From a bacterium (GTDB taxonomy: Bacteria; Hinthialibacterota; Hinthialibacteria; Hinthialibacterales; Hinthialibacteraceae): a DNA stretch of 64,000 nucleotides. The notes below the pieces were generated by a model. It saw only the letters and a program-made list of their open reading frames with translations, was not told the origin of the DNA and did no database searches. Location: contig CAXXMV010000008.1 in the NCBI GenBank assembly GCA_963662285.2, forward strand, positions 1,376,001 through 1,440,000. Direction: 5' to 3'. Position 1 is the stretch's first letter, and each line of letters opens with the position of its first letter. This document shows, piece after piece, positions 10,593 to 19,695 of this stretch. The translations under genes and the position numbers were made by a program.

Positions 10593-10627
10593 CCCTCACC
10601 CTAGCCCTCTCCCAGCGGGAGAGGGGA
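10593..10627. repeat. CCCTCACCC...CCCTCTCCC-GGGAGAGGG intergenic palindromic repeat
   Basis: ccctcaccctagccctctcccagcgggagagggga. Related hairpins lie at 12129-12174 and 47083-47108. Confidence 0.7.
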
Positions 10628-10679
10628 CTTGGTTTATCGACAAAACTTTGGCGCCAGACATAATGAGATGAACGGAGTA

Positions 10680-11933
10680 TTAACGTAGATTAATACGATC
10701 CACTTCGTCCCACTCGCTCATATCAGAAAGAATGATTTTGTCGCCTTCATCCAATCCATCCAGAACCTCGACGGTATTCACCGAACTGCGCCCCAGTTTT
10801 ACTCTGACGCGGTTGGCGTTGGCGCCATCTTCGTTCAGTTTAAATATGCCGAGAGTAACATTGGGCTGAGCAAATACAGGTCGACCGACATAAAGAATAT
10901 TGGTTAACTTTTCAATCTGGATATTACCATCCAGCGTCTGATCGGGGCGCGCCCCGTCCGGCAGAGGATCATCAAGGATAATGTCAACTTCAACGGTTCC
11001 CTCTCTGACCGATGGATCGATGCGGGAAACTTTTCCATTTAAAACCGTGCTGCGTATATCGATCTTGGAGGATAAACCAATCTTGACTTCCCTGGCCTGG
11101 TTCTGATCAATACGCAAGACCGCTTTCAATAATGAAGGATCGCTGACTTTGGCCAGATTGGTGATCGAACTGACCTGATGGCCTTCTTCGACCAGCAGTT
11201 GTTCCAGCACTCCATCGAACCCGGCTATCACCATCAACGACTGAATTTGTCTTTCTTTCAGACCCAGCGACGCTTGGGCCTGTTCGATCTGGGCTTGTAA
11301 AACATCCAATTGCGTTTGGGAGAACTGGCTTTGGATGTTAACCCGTCTTTTTTCGATTTCCTTTAGTTTTTCAAGTTCTTTGACGCGAACTAACGATACT
11401 TGAAGTTGTAGATCGGAGATTAATCCATCTTTGGCCAGTTGAGTATCCGACTTGGATTTCAACCGCGCTTCGACCAGATCAGCATCTACCCGCGCAGCTG
11501 CACTTTCGAGGTTCAGTAGGGTGTTTTCCAGTTCAACCTTTTTAGCCGCTAACTGCGATTCCGCTGATTTTACTCTTAACTTGGCTTCTTCGAGGGCTAA
11601 TTCCAGTTCGGGATTACTTAGTTCCAGAATTATGGTGTCTTTAGTGACTGAGGTTCCGGGACGAACCAGAATCTTCTCCACCCGGCCCGCGGTTTCCGGC
11701 GCCACCCAGCGGATATCAATCGGAACCAAACTGCCCGGCCCCCGTACTTCGCGGATCATGTCGCCGCGTTTGACTTGCTCGACCCACAAAATCGCCCGGT
11801 CTACAGTAGGCGAAGCCGGTTCGAGATCTGATAGAGCAACCGTTATTCCACCGATTACCATTAGGGATATAACGATGTAAATAATGCGTTTAATCAATTT
11901 TCTTTTTTTTGATGATGGTCTTGGGATGTCCAT
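10680..11933 (-). CDS. Membrane-fusion / periplasmic adaptor protein (HlyD/MacA family)
   Basis: N-terminal TM anchor, lipoyl half-motifs (GRVEKILVRPG; IAGFDGVLEQLLVEEG), coiled-coil hairpin, C-terminal VKLGRSSVNTVEVLDGLDEGD. RBS GAGGTG upstream. Confidence 0.93.
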   Translation of the reverse strand: MDIPRPSSKKRKLIKRIIYIVISLMVIGGITVALSDLEPASPTVDRAILWVEQVKRGDMIREVRGPGSLVPIDIRWVAPETAGRVEKILVRPGTSVTKDTIILELSNPELELALEEAKLRVKSAESQLAAKKVELENTLLNLESAAARVDADLVEARLKSKSDTQLAKDGLISDLQLQVSLVRVKELEKLKEIEKRRVNIQSQFSQTQLDVLQAQIEQAQASLGLKERQIQSLMVIAGFDGVLEQLLVEEGHQVSSITNLAKVSDPSLLKAVLRIDQNQAREVKIGLSSKIDIRSTVLNGKVSRIDPSVREGTVEVDIILDDPLPDGARPDQTLDGNIQIEKLTNILYVGRPVFAQPNVTLGIFKLNEDGANANRVRVKLGRSSVNTVEVLDGLDEGDKIILSDMSEWDEVDRINLR

Positions 11934-11963
11934 ATAAATACACCTCTTTTACCGTACTCTTAC

Positions 11964-11979
11964 TCAAGTAATGTGCCAA
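11964..11979 (-). promoter_or_regulatory. Putative sigma54 (-24/-12) promoter of MFP-ATPase-permease operon
   Basis: Minus strand TTGGCACATTACTTGA: GG-N10 spacing is correct but -12 is GA instead of GC. It lies 30 nt upstream of the MFP start and next to a sigma54 activator gene. Confidence 0.65.
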
Positions 11980-11985
11980 TTGATG

Positions 11986-11998
11986 TAAATAATTGATA
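11986..11998 (-). promoter_or_regulatory. Putative IHF site
   Basis: TATCAATTATTTA matches WATCAANNNNTTR and lies between the enhancer and the sigma54 promoter. Confidence 0.55.
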
Positions 11999-12054
11999 TC
12001 CATATACTTGAACATCTTAAAGCGATTCAAAGAAAACAAACATGTAATTATTAA

Positions 12055-12092
12055 TGTCCGTCAGCGTACGGTTGGTTGTCCGAAAACGGACA
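12055..12092. promoter_or_regulatory. Tandem enhancer (UAS) palindromes for the NtrC-family activator
   Basis: Perfect TGTCCG-aaaa-CGGACA (12077-12092) and degenerate TGTCCG-tcag-CGTACG (12055-12070), offset by 22 bp. Confidence 0.7.
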
Positions 12093-12208
12093 TTAGCCCT
12101 GATTTTTAATCCAAGTTTTTTGCTAACAACCCCCTCTTGTGTGAATTCTCCCCCAAACTTGGGGGAGAGGGGTTTTAGAGATATAACCAGTTATATTGTT
12201 TTGACTTG

Positions 12209-12251
12209 ACTGGGTGCCAAGGGCAAGACCGCAATGCGGTCAGCCCTTGAT
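12209..12251. repeat. REP-like palindrome (GGGTGCCAAGGGC family)
   Basis: actgggtgccaagggcaagaccgcaatgcggtcagcccttgat; inverted copy of 10519-10561. Confidence 0.85.
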
Positions 12252-12305
12252 CAAACCACTTAAGATAGGATGAAAATACCTTAACTTAATGATATTGCCT
12301 TTCAT

Positions 12306-12390
12306 GGGCGCCCGATATATCAGGCGCCCTGAGAAATTGAAAAAGCTAAAGGGGATTTGTAATCGGGTAACCACAAGGGATTACCCCTAC
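12306..12390. repeat. Two further REP-like hairpins (one GTAG-footed)
   Basis: GGGCGCCcgatatatcaGGCGCCC (12306-12329) and minus-strand GTAG-GGGTAATCCCTTGTGGTTACCC (12365-12390). Confidence 0.65.
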
Positions 12391-12443
12391 GGTTATTTGG
12401 GAGAGGTTAGGTTAGGTTTGATATCAACCACATTTTTTTAGGG

Positions 12444-13829
12444 TTAAATAGGCAGATAAAGTTTAGCGATGCATCCCTGACAATCAGTGCGGTTTTCGAG
12501 CATGAGGTTTCCGCCATGCGCTTCAGCAATCTGGCGGCTGATCATAAGACCCAAACCTGAGCCTTTCGGTTTGGTTGTAAAGAAGGGCACGAATAAGTTA
12601 TCAGGATTTGAAATCCCGACGCCTTGATCTTCGACGAAGATTACCAGATAACGATTGGGTTTGGTTTGAATAGACCAGCCGACTCGAACATCGCCCCCGG
12701 TTTCCTCAACCGCTTCGATAGCATTTTTTATCAGATTTATTAGAACCTGATCCAATTGAGCGCGGTCTGCTTTGATTATTATCGAAGAGCCGGTTATTAG
12801 TGAAACGCATGGATTTGGTTCAAGGTTTACAATAGATTGTATCCACTCGGCTACATTGATCGGCTGCAAGTCGGGCTTAGGCAGTTTGGTCAGCTGGGCG
12901 TAAGAAGCCATAAAGCGATTCAAACCCTCGGATCGACCTGTAATGACATTCAAACCCTGGGCGACGTCATCTTCCCAATCATCAGGCCTTGGGTCGCGCG
13001 ATAATAAATTTCGCAGACTATCGGCTAATGAATGAATAGGCGCCAGGGAATTATTGATCTCATGACGAAGCACCTGCACCAGGCGCTTCCAGGCCTGACG
13101 TTCTTCAGAACGTAATGCGCGGGTTAAATCCGACAGCACCACCAGTTGATGCGATTGCCCCTGAAGCCGGAATTCACCCCGGCGCAGTTCCCATCTTCCA
13201 ATACCCCCCGGTAAGGAGAGTTCCTGGATGCGAGGCGACTCGCCTTCCAGTACTCCGCCAAGACCCAGTTCATCGGCGATTCTGCCCTGAAGCGCTGAAT
13301 CAGGCGTATCGAGCAGTTGCTGCGCCCGGTTATTAAATAAGCGCAGTTTTTTCCGGTTATCAAAAGCCAGGATAGCTACATCGATTTCATCCATTACTTT
13401 CCGTAGAAGAGTAGTCGATTCCATAGCGCTGATGCGTTGCGCGCGCAGCGTATCGCCCAAGGCGTTAATTTCTCTGGCGACTTCCTGCAAGACATCATCT
13501 CCGGCGCCGCGTACTGAACGCATCGAATAATCGCCTTCATGATAAGCCGCCAATAGACTGGATATGGTTCGCATAGTGCTAACGATTCGTTCTCTCACCG
13601 CAAATGAGAAGCCAAACCAGAACAGCATAACGAACAAAGTAACGGTAAGTTGCAGCTTAAAACTATAATCTCCTGACCATATTAAGAACAACGCGATAAA
13701 CGAACCGGGAAATCCGGCCAAAAGGGTGGATAATAGAATCCGGGTTTCATAATACAAAAAATGCCTGGCGGAGGGGATGCGCTTGGAATTTGGATTGCCT
13801 GATGGAGAACGGGGGACGTTATATATCAT
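12444..13829 (-). CDS. Sensor histidine kinase (2 TM, HAMP/PAS-like, HisKA, HATPase)
   Basis: H-box LRHEINNSLAPI, N-box QVLINLIKNAIEA, G-boxes DQGVG and PFFTTKPKGSGLGL. Overlaps the regulator by 11 nt. Confidence 0.95.
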   Translation of the reverse strand: MIYNVPRSPSGNPNSKRIPSARHFLYYETRILLSTLLAGFPGSFIALFLIWSGDYSFKLQLTVTLFVMLFWFGFSFAVRERIVSTMRTISSLLAAYHEGDYSMRSVRGAGDDVLQEVAREINALGDTLRAQRISAMESTTLLRKVMDEIDVAILAFDNRKKLRLFNNRAQQLLDTPDSALQGRIADELGLGGVLEGESPRIQELSLPGGIGRWELRRGEFRLQGQSHQLVVLSDLTRALRSEERQAWKRLVQVLRHEINNSLAPIHSLADSLRNLLSRDPRPDDWEDDVAQGLNVITGRSEGLNRFMASYAQLTKLPKPDLQPINVAEWIQSIVNLEPNPCVSLITGSSIIIKADRAQLDQVLINLIKNAIEAVEETGGDVRVGWSIQTKPNRYLVIFVEDQGVGISNPDNLFVPFFTTKPKGSGLGLMISRQIAEAHGGNLMLENRTDCQGCIAKLYLPI

Positions 13830-15186
13830 ATTTTTCCATGCGGCGATACATTGCCGGGCGGCTCATTCCCAGCGCTTTGGCTGCTTTGCTTACATTGCCT
13901 TCGCTGCGGGCCATGGCTTTTTTTATCAGAAAGCACTCAACTTCTTCCAAACTCATATCCATCAAGCCGAGCGATTCCTGAGTTGCGCTTTGCAAACCCA
14001 GGTCTGGAGCGTGAATCGCATCCTTTTTAGCCATCAGGACAGCGCGTTCGATGGTATGATCTAATTCCCGGATGTTGCCCGGCCAGCTGTAATTCAGCAG
14101 TTTTTCCATGGCTTCTCTTTGGATATGCAAAACATCCTTGCGATATTGCCGGGCGTAACGTTTTAGAAAATGAGTGGCCAAAAGAGGAATATCTTCAAGA
14201 CGTTCGCGAAGAGGCGGCAGAAAGATTTCCACCGTATTGAGCCGGTATAATAAATCCTGCCGGAACCGCCCCTGGTTTAATTCCACAGAGATATCTGCGT
14301 TAGTGGCGGACAGAATGCGTACGTTGGTCTTGCGCGTTTTAGATGAACCGATCCGTTCAAATTCTCCGGTTTCCAAAACGCGCAGCAGTTTCGGTTGTTC
14401 CTTAAAAGGTACATCAGCGATTTCATCTAAAAAGAGCGTTCCCTGGTTGGCTAATTCAAAGCGACCCACGCGATCAGTCTTGGCGTCGGTAAATGCGCCT
14501 TTGACGTGCCCGAAGAGTTCGCTGGCAAAAACGCCTTCGGATAATCCACCCACATTTACGGTAATTAATGGTTCATTGCACTGCTTTGATGCGGCGTGTA
14601 ATGCACGGGCGACGACGCCTTTGCCAGTTCCATTCTCGCCCAGAATCAATACGTTGGCGTTTGATGGACCAACCCGCTCAATCAATTCCAAAACGGGTTG
14701 CATAGCTGCCGATTTGGCGATGAGGTGAGAGTCTTTTTTCTCACGCAGCAACTGGTTTTCCGCCCGCAGCCGTTTTCCATCACGCAATGCCTTACTGAGT
14801 GCAACCTGCGTTTTAAGAATAGTGAGCAGACGGGTATTATCCCAGGGTTTTTGAATAAAATCCCGGGCGCCCCGTTTCATGGCTTTGACCACAAGTTCAA
14901 TACTGGCCCATCCGGTGATCACCACTACCGGCAGGGTTTCATCCATTTCGCGCAGTTTGGCCAGCAGATTAAGACCTTCTTCTCCCGAAGTAGTGTCACG
15001 GGTGTAATTCATATCCATCAAGACTACGTCGAAATCCCGCTCTGCAACAGATTTAATAATACCCGACGGCGACTGAGCTTCGTGAATATCGAATCCTTCA
15101 CTTTTAAGCATCAATCGAAGAGCGGTCAACACATCGGGCTGATCATCTGCAATTAGTATTTGGAATTGGTTGGATTCAGAAATCAT
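13819..15186 (-). CDS. Sigma54-dependent response regulator (NtrC family)
   Basis: Receiver domain (IADD, LMDMN, KP), AAA+ GENGTGK, SELFGHVKGAFTDA (GAFTGA-like), WPGNIREL, C-terminal Fis HTH. Confidence 0.97.
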   Translation of the reverse strand: MISESNQFQILIADDQPDVLTALRLMLKSEGFDIHEAQSPSGIIKSVAERDFDVVLMDMNYTRDTTSGEEGLNLLAKLREMDETLPVVVITGWASIELVVKAMKRGARDFIQKPWDNTRLLTILKTQVALSKALRDGKRLRAENQLLREKKDSHLIAKSAAMQPVLELIERVGPSNANVLILGENGTGKGVVARALHAASKQCNEPLITVNVGGLSEGVFASELFGHVKGAFTDAKTDRVGRFELANQGTLFLDEIADVPFKEQPKLLRVLETGEFERIGSSKTRKTNVRILSATNADISVELNQGRFRQDLLYRLNTVEIFLPPLRERLEDIPLLATHFLKRYARQYRKDVLHIQREAMEKLLNYSWPGNIRELDHTIERAVLMAKKDAIHAPDLGLQSATQESLGLMDMSLEEVECFLIKKAMARSEGNVSKAAKALGMSRPAMYRRMEKYDI

Positions 15187-15189
15187 ATT

Positions 15190-15837
15190 TTAAGGAAAAA
15201 AAACGATCCGTTCAATTTTTGATTCAACAGCGCCGATCCGGGCCGTGCTGTGCAGCATCAGGGTTGAATTCGTTAATTGGTTTTCAGAGTTTTGCAGTTC
15301 TTTTCTGATCGGCTTGACTTCAATCATTCCGCCATCAAATTCTCTTGGGCTGATAGAGCAAAATTGATCATCTCCATCTAAATCCTGTAGTATATAAATG
15401 ATCATTCCCGCAGCAAGATTTTCTTGCACTGCCGAAATGAGCCTTATTGTGTTTGAATTACCCATTTTACTGAATGGAATAAAATTTCTTAGAGGATCGC
15501 CATTAAAGGAAACAGAACCATTTGACGGTATTTGATTTATATCTCGTACAACAACGTCCTTGGAATTTTTTTTGACATTCTCACTGATTTCAGTACGGCC
15601 TTGAATTTCAAGCAGAGCTAACTGTATAGCGCTTTTGGCTAGATACTTAACCCGCAATGATTGGATGCGGGATGTTTCGGTCGATATCCGGGAATTCACC
15701 ATTAAGGTTAATATTAATCCAATCATAGTTAATAATACAAACACAGGTAGAACCAACAGCAGAGCGATGCCGCTATCCTGTTTGTTGCGGCTGCGTCCTT
15801 GCGTCCATTTTCCAATACTCATCATTACGTTTCTCAC
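15190..15837 (-). CDS. Hypothetical protein with PilX/GspK-like N-terminus
   Basis: Basic leader then G|IALLLVL hydrophobic helix and YLAKSAIQLAL, ending HSTARIG..ESKIE. This resembles PilX-type minor pilins. Confidence 0.55.
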   Translation of the reverse strand: MRNVMMSIGKWTQGRSRNKQDSGIALLLVLPVFVLLTMIGLILTLMVNSRISTETSRIQSLRVKYLAKSAIQLALLEIQGRTEISENVKKNSKDVVVRDINQIPSNGSVSFNGDPLRNFIPFSKMGNSNTIRLISAVQENLAAGMIIYILQDLDGDDQFCSISPREFDGGMIEVKPIRKELQNSENQLTNSTLMLHSTARIGAVESKIERIVFFP

Positions 15838-15929
15838 CTAAAATCTTTTGCTTTTGGCCTATGCGGTAATCAGATATCTTATAATACTCTGAATAGTATT
15901 ATAGACCATTCTCATTCGTTATAATCAAC

Positions 15930-17300
15930 TCAAAACTGCCGCCAATTATTAAAACTCATTTCTTTGGAAACGGATACTACGCCTAACACAAAAATTCTAT
16001 CATGGAATTCTCCGACATTGGCGAATTTAATTGATGACCCATGTCCTGATGGATCGGGAATTTCAATGGCTAGTTTCAAATCAACGGATTGATCTACTGC
16101 TGGCGTTAGAATCGCTATATTAATTTGATGAGCGCCAGGCAACCATTGCCGGATATCAATATCTGTTGTCTGGGTTGCAATTACTTCATTATTGCTATTG
16201 AGCCATTTTATATGCAACGGCCAGCGGTAATAAAAGGGCGCTGAACCGACATTTTCAATGTTGAGATTAAGTTCATTTGTACTATTGCTAACTTGATTTT
16301 GGGAGAACCGCGCATTACGAAGCGCAAAGCGATATCCCAGTGAACGCTGCATGGCATCAATGTTCTTTTGATGAGTATCATCACTGGCCTGCATGGTTCC
16401 ACCAGCAGGGCCTAAGTGAGAAAAATGGCCTTCCCGAATAAGCCGGATGCATTTTTCGGGATCAGCCAGAGTCTTAGTTATAGCGCCTGAACCGCCTCCG
16501 CAGAATTCACCGCCAATCGGTTGGGTTTCCCAAATAGACTCTGCCTGGGCGCTCTTGAAACGACTGAAAAAATACCAGTCTTCAGTTCCCTCAGTATCAT
16601 CATAAAAACAATCATCACGATAACCAACCGGTTCCAGGGCAGTCCAGGAATTTGGATAACGCAGCATCATCTTTTTGTTCTTGAATGCCCCGGTAAAACT
16701 ATCCACTATCTCGCGTTGCACTCTCTGCGGAGCAAACAACTCTTCATTAGGATAAGTGTGCCATTCACCCCAATGCCCCAGAATCCCGACATCCAAGAAA
16801 GCCACTCTTGGATCATTGTCATAGCGCTCACCCAATTTCTGAATCAAAAGTTTAACTTTTTCCAAAAATAATGGATTTTTATAATCTGGAGAAAATCCAC
16901 CGCCATATTCTTCATACCGGGTAATGGAGACGCCCGCATCAATCAACCACTGTGGAGTTCCTATCGGGCGCCCCGGATAATCAAGATATATCCGGAAAAC
17001 CGCTTTCATTCCCTGGTTGGTCCAATGATCCCAAATTTCATTTTCCCAGGATTCAAAATCAAACTGCCCTTCCTGAGGTTCCAGACTTCGCCAACTTCGA
17101 TAAGTAAAAAACAGAGTCGTCGGCTGAGGTGGAGAATTTGACCCTTCTCCCCAAACCACCCAACCTTTCAGCGGATTGGCGATAACCTCATGGTGTTCCT
17201 GATATTCCAATTCATATATTTCATTGGCATTGGTTTGAGCGCCGCACAGAAAAGTTACTAACAGCAGGAGAATAAGATAGTTTCCAGGCTTAGAAATCAT
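15930..17300 (-). CDS. Secreted DUF4832/DUF4874-type putative glycoside hydrolase
   Basis: Signal peptide; NPLKGW, WRSLEPQEGQFDF, YDNDPRVAFLDVGILGHWGEWH, PIGGE, LGYRF, NVGSAPFYYRW, WLPG motifs. Confidence 0.75.
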   Translation of the reverse strand: MISKPGNYLILLLLVTFLCGAQTNANEIYELEYQEHHEVIANPLKGWVVWGEGSNSPPQPTTLFFTYRSWRSLEPQEGQFDFESWENEIWDHWTNQGMKAVFRIYLDYPGRPIGTPQWLIDAGVSITRYEEYGGGFSPDYKNPLFLEKVKLLIQKLGERYDNDPRVAFLDVGILGHWGEWHTYPNEELFAPQRVQREIVDSFTGAFKNKKMMLRYPNSWTALEPVGYRDDCFYDDTEGTEDWYFFSRFKSAQAESIWETQPIGGEFCGGGSGAITKTLADPEKCIRLIREGHFSHLGPAGGTMQASDDTHQKNIDAMQRSLGYRFALRNARFSQNQVSNSTNELNLNIENVGSAPFYYRWPLHIKWLNSNNEVIATQTTDIDIRQWLPGAHQINIAILTPAVDQSVDLKLAIEIPDPSGHGSSIKFANVGEFHDRIFVLGVVSVSKEMSFNNWRQF

Positions 17301-17349
17301 GGCAGGAATTCTTTCTTAAAGTGGAAAAAAATAGGTAACTATGCGCGTC

Positions 17350-17370
17350 GTAGGCGGTTTTGAAACCGCC
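17350..17370. terminator. GTAG-footed hairpin downstream of mutL (REP/terminator)
   Basis: GTA-GGCGGTTT-tg-AAACCGCC. Confidence 0.5.
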
Positions 17371-17390
17371 GCGGCAGCCCATTATTTCCT

Positions 17391-19454
17391 CTAAAAACCG
17401 GTTCGCTTAAACACTCTCAGTAATGTTTGTTCAGCAATAAACAACAATGCCGGGCGTCCATGGGGGCATACATTGCGGCGCGGGATTTTCTGTAATCCCT
17501 GAATAATGCCTTCCATCTCGTGGATGCTGAGTTCATCTCCGAATTTCACCGCCGCCCGACACGCCAGGGTATGCAGCGCTTTATCTTTGTAATCTTCAGA
17601 ACTGCCTTCATGCCGCACTTCACCCAGAAAATCCTTGATAAACTGTTCGGATTCTTCGATGGTTAACGATGAGGGGATGGATCGAACCACAAAAGTGCTT
17701 CCACCGAACGGCTCGATTATAAAACCAAGTGATTTTAAGAGGTCGGTTATATCTTCAACCAGTCCCACTTCATCCGGCGCGAAATCGAGCGTTATGGGAA
17801 ACAGTAATGTCTGGCTGGCCAGTGGAGCGTTTTTTGATTGATTATGAAATTTCTCAAATAACAGCCGTTCATGCGCTGCGTGTTGATCAATGATGAACAG
17901 GCCGTCTTTACCTTCGGCCATAATGAAATTGTTCATCAGCTGACCCAGAACCACCAACTCACCAGCATCCTCCAGCGAGCGGGCGTCGAAAAGCATATCG
18001 GGCTTTTTGTCGATTTCAATCAAATCGCGGATAGCGCCTAACGTAACTCCTTCCGATCTAACTGGTTTAACATCCTCCGTCGGCGCCGCTGGCGCTTCTA
18101 CCTCGTCAGGTGAATCAGGCTGTTGCATTGCGGTTTGCTCTACCACAGTAGATGATGAGATTACCTCAATGCCGCCGGGCTTAACCTCTTGAACCTCAGG
18201 TTCAGAATTTATGCCTTGGTCTTGGGCAGTGGGGGAACTCTCGTTTGGTATATCAGGTTCCCGGTTTAACTGTTTGATAACGGATGGCTTAAACGGCTCT
18301 GGCGCCGAATGAGGTTCGTGATAAGTCTGTGGTTCAGCATCATTAGTCGACGGCTGCTGAGGCGCGGCGTAAACCGGCGCTTTTTTATCCATCTCTTTAA
18401 GTAGTTGTTCAGTTTCTATAAGTGGATCATCTTCTTGTTTGACCTGATTAACTACTTCTTTTTTAACTTGCGGTTGTACATCCCACGCCTGACGAATCGA
18501 ACCGTATACTGCTGAAAAAATAGCGTCTTCTCTGGCAAATTTAATCTCCTGTTTGGTTGGATGAACATTGACGTCAATCTCCGCCGGATCAATTTCCAGA
18601 TATAAAAATACTACCGGATATCGTCCCCCATGAATCAGGTTGCGGTATCCATTCATCAGGGCGCGGTGCAGCAAGCGGTCTTTGATATAGCGGTTGTTGA
18701 CGAAAAAGAAAACATGTTGAGCGCCATTGCGCGTAAGAGTCGGCCGGGAAATAAAACCTGACAGAGAAATGATCGGATTATCGAGACTTACCGGAATCAT
18801 TTCATCCAGCACTTTTTTACTGAATAACTGTTGAATACGTTCCGCCCGGCTGGAGACACTGGGCAAATCAATCGAACGGCGGCCATTATGCGAAAAAGTG
18901 AAATGAATGTTTTCGTGCGCCAACCCATTCCAGGTTACCGCCGACAAAACATGATTCATCTCTGTGGCCGGTTTCTTAAGAAATTTACGCCGGGCTGGAG
19001 TATTAAAAAATAAATCGCTGATAGTGATGGAAGTTCCAATCCCCGTTCCGATATTTTGCGCTTCTTTTTCGGCGCCTCCTTCACTAATTATCTGCGTACC
19101 CCATTCACTGTCGGCTGGCCGGGTTTTCAAGTCGAGCCGGGATACAGAACTGATCGCGGCCAGCGCTTCGCCCCGGAATCCTTTGGTCAGAATGGCGTCT
19201 AAATCACTGGCATTATGTATTTTACTGGTTGCATGACGCTTGAGGCATATAGCCGCATCTTCCCGCGTCATACCACAGCCATTATCCGTAATGCGGATGG
19301 ATTTCAATCCGCCCTGTTCGATATCCACATCAATACGGGTAGCGCCCGCATCAACCGCGTTATCAATAAGTTCGCGTACTATCGAGGCGGGACGCTCAAC
19401 AACTTCGCCAGCGGCGATTCGATTGGCAATTTCTGGTGGAAGTATATGTATCAT
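17391..19454 (-). CDS. mutL: DNA mismatch repair endonuclease MutL
   Basis: RIAAGEVVERPAS, HATSKI, GFRGEALAAI, DVNVHPTK, endonuclease motif DQHAAHER, ACR, CPHGRP. Confidence 0.98.
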   Translation of the reverse strand: MIHILPPEIANRIAAGEVVERPASIVRELIDNAVDAGATRIDVDIEQGGLKSIRITDNGCGMTREDAAICLKRHATSKIHNASDLDAILTKGFRGEALAAISSVSRLDLKTRPADSEWGTQIISEGGAEKEAQNIGTGIGTSITISDLFFNTPARRKFLKKPATEMNHVLSAVTWNGLAHENIHFTFSHNGRRSIDLPSVSSRAERIQQLFSKKVLDEMIPVSLDNPIISLSGFISRPTLTRNGAQHVFFFVNNRYIKDRLLHRALMNGYRNLIHGGRYPVVFLYLEIDPAEIDVNVHPTKQEIKFAREDAIFSAVYGSIRQAWDVQPQVKKEVVNQVKQEDDPLIETEQLLKEMDKKAPVYAAPQQPSTNDAEPQTYHEPHSAPEPFKPSVIKQLNREPDIPNESSPTAQDQGINSEPEVQEVKPGGIEVISSSTVVEQTAMQQPDSPDEVEAPAAPTEDVKPVRSEGVTLGAIRDLIEIDKKPDMLFDARSLEDAGELVVLGQLMNNFIMAEGKDGLFIIDQHAAHERLLFEKFHNQSKNAPLASQTLLFPITLDFAPDEVGLVEDITDLLKSLGFIIEPFGGSTFVVRSIPSSLTIEESEQFIKDFLGEVRHEGSSEDYKDKALHTLACRAAVKFGDELSIHEMEGIIQGLQKIPRRNVCPHGRPALLFIAEQTLLRVFKRTGF

Positions 19455-19695
19455 TTATCTCTTGTCATCTTAACGGTTTTAGTGATTTCTGTTAATTATA
19501 TGCTTGAATTTCCCGGCGATCTAATTGGACAAAATACGCCGATATTTGCATTATGTCACTAATAATGCAACTGTCTAGCCGATTTCAAGTTACATTGTTC
19601 CGATTCCCTGTAGACATAACCATTATCAAAGTGCTAAAGTGCATCCGTGTAATAAATAAGTTTTGTAAAATCAGAAACAATAAGGAGACAATGAG

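Noticed and set aside
14174-15156. Long plus-strand ORFs antisense to the regulator (and similar ones opposite rho, polA, recQ, MsbA)
   Set aside because: Typical antisense shadows of conserved genes, with no independent signals.
18000-18480. Long acidic/Pro-rich insert in MutL
   Set aside because: A variable-length linker between the ATPase and dimerisation domains is normal for MutL.
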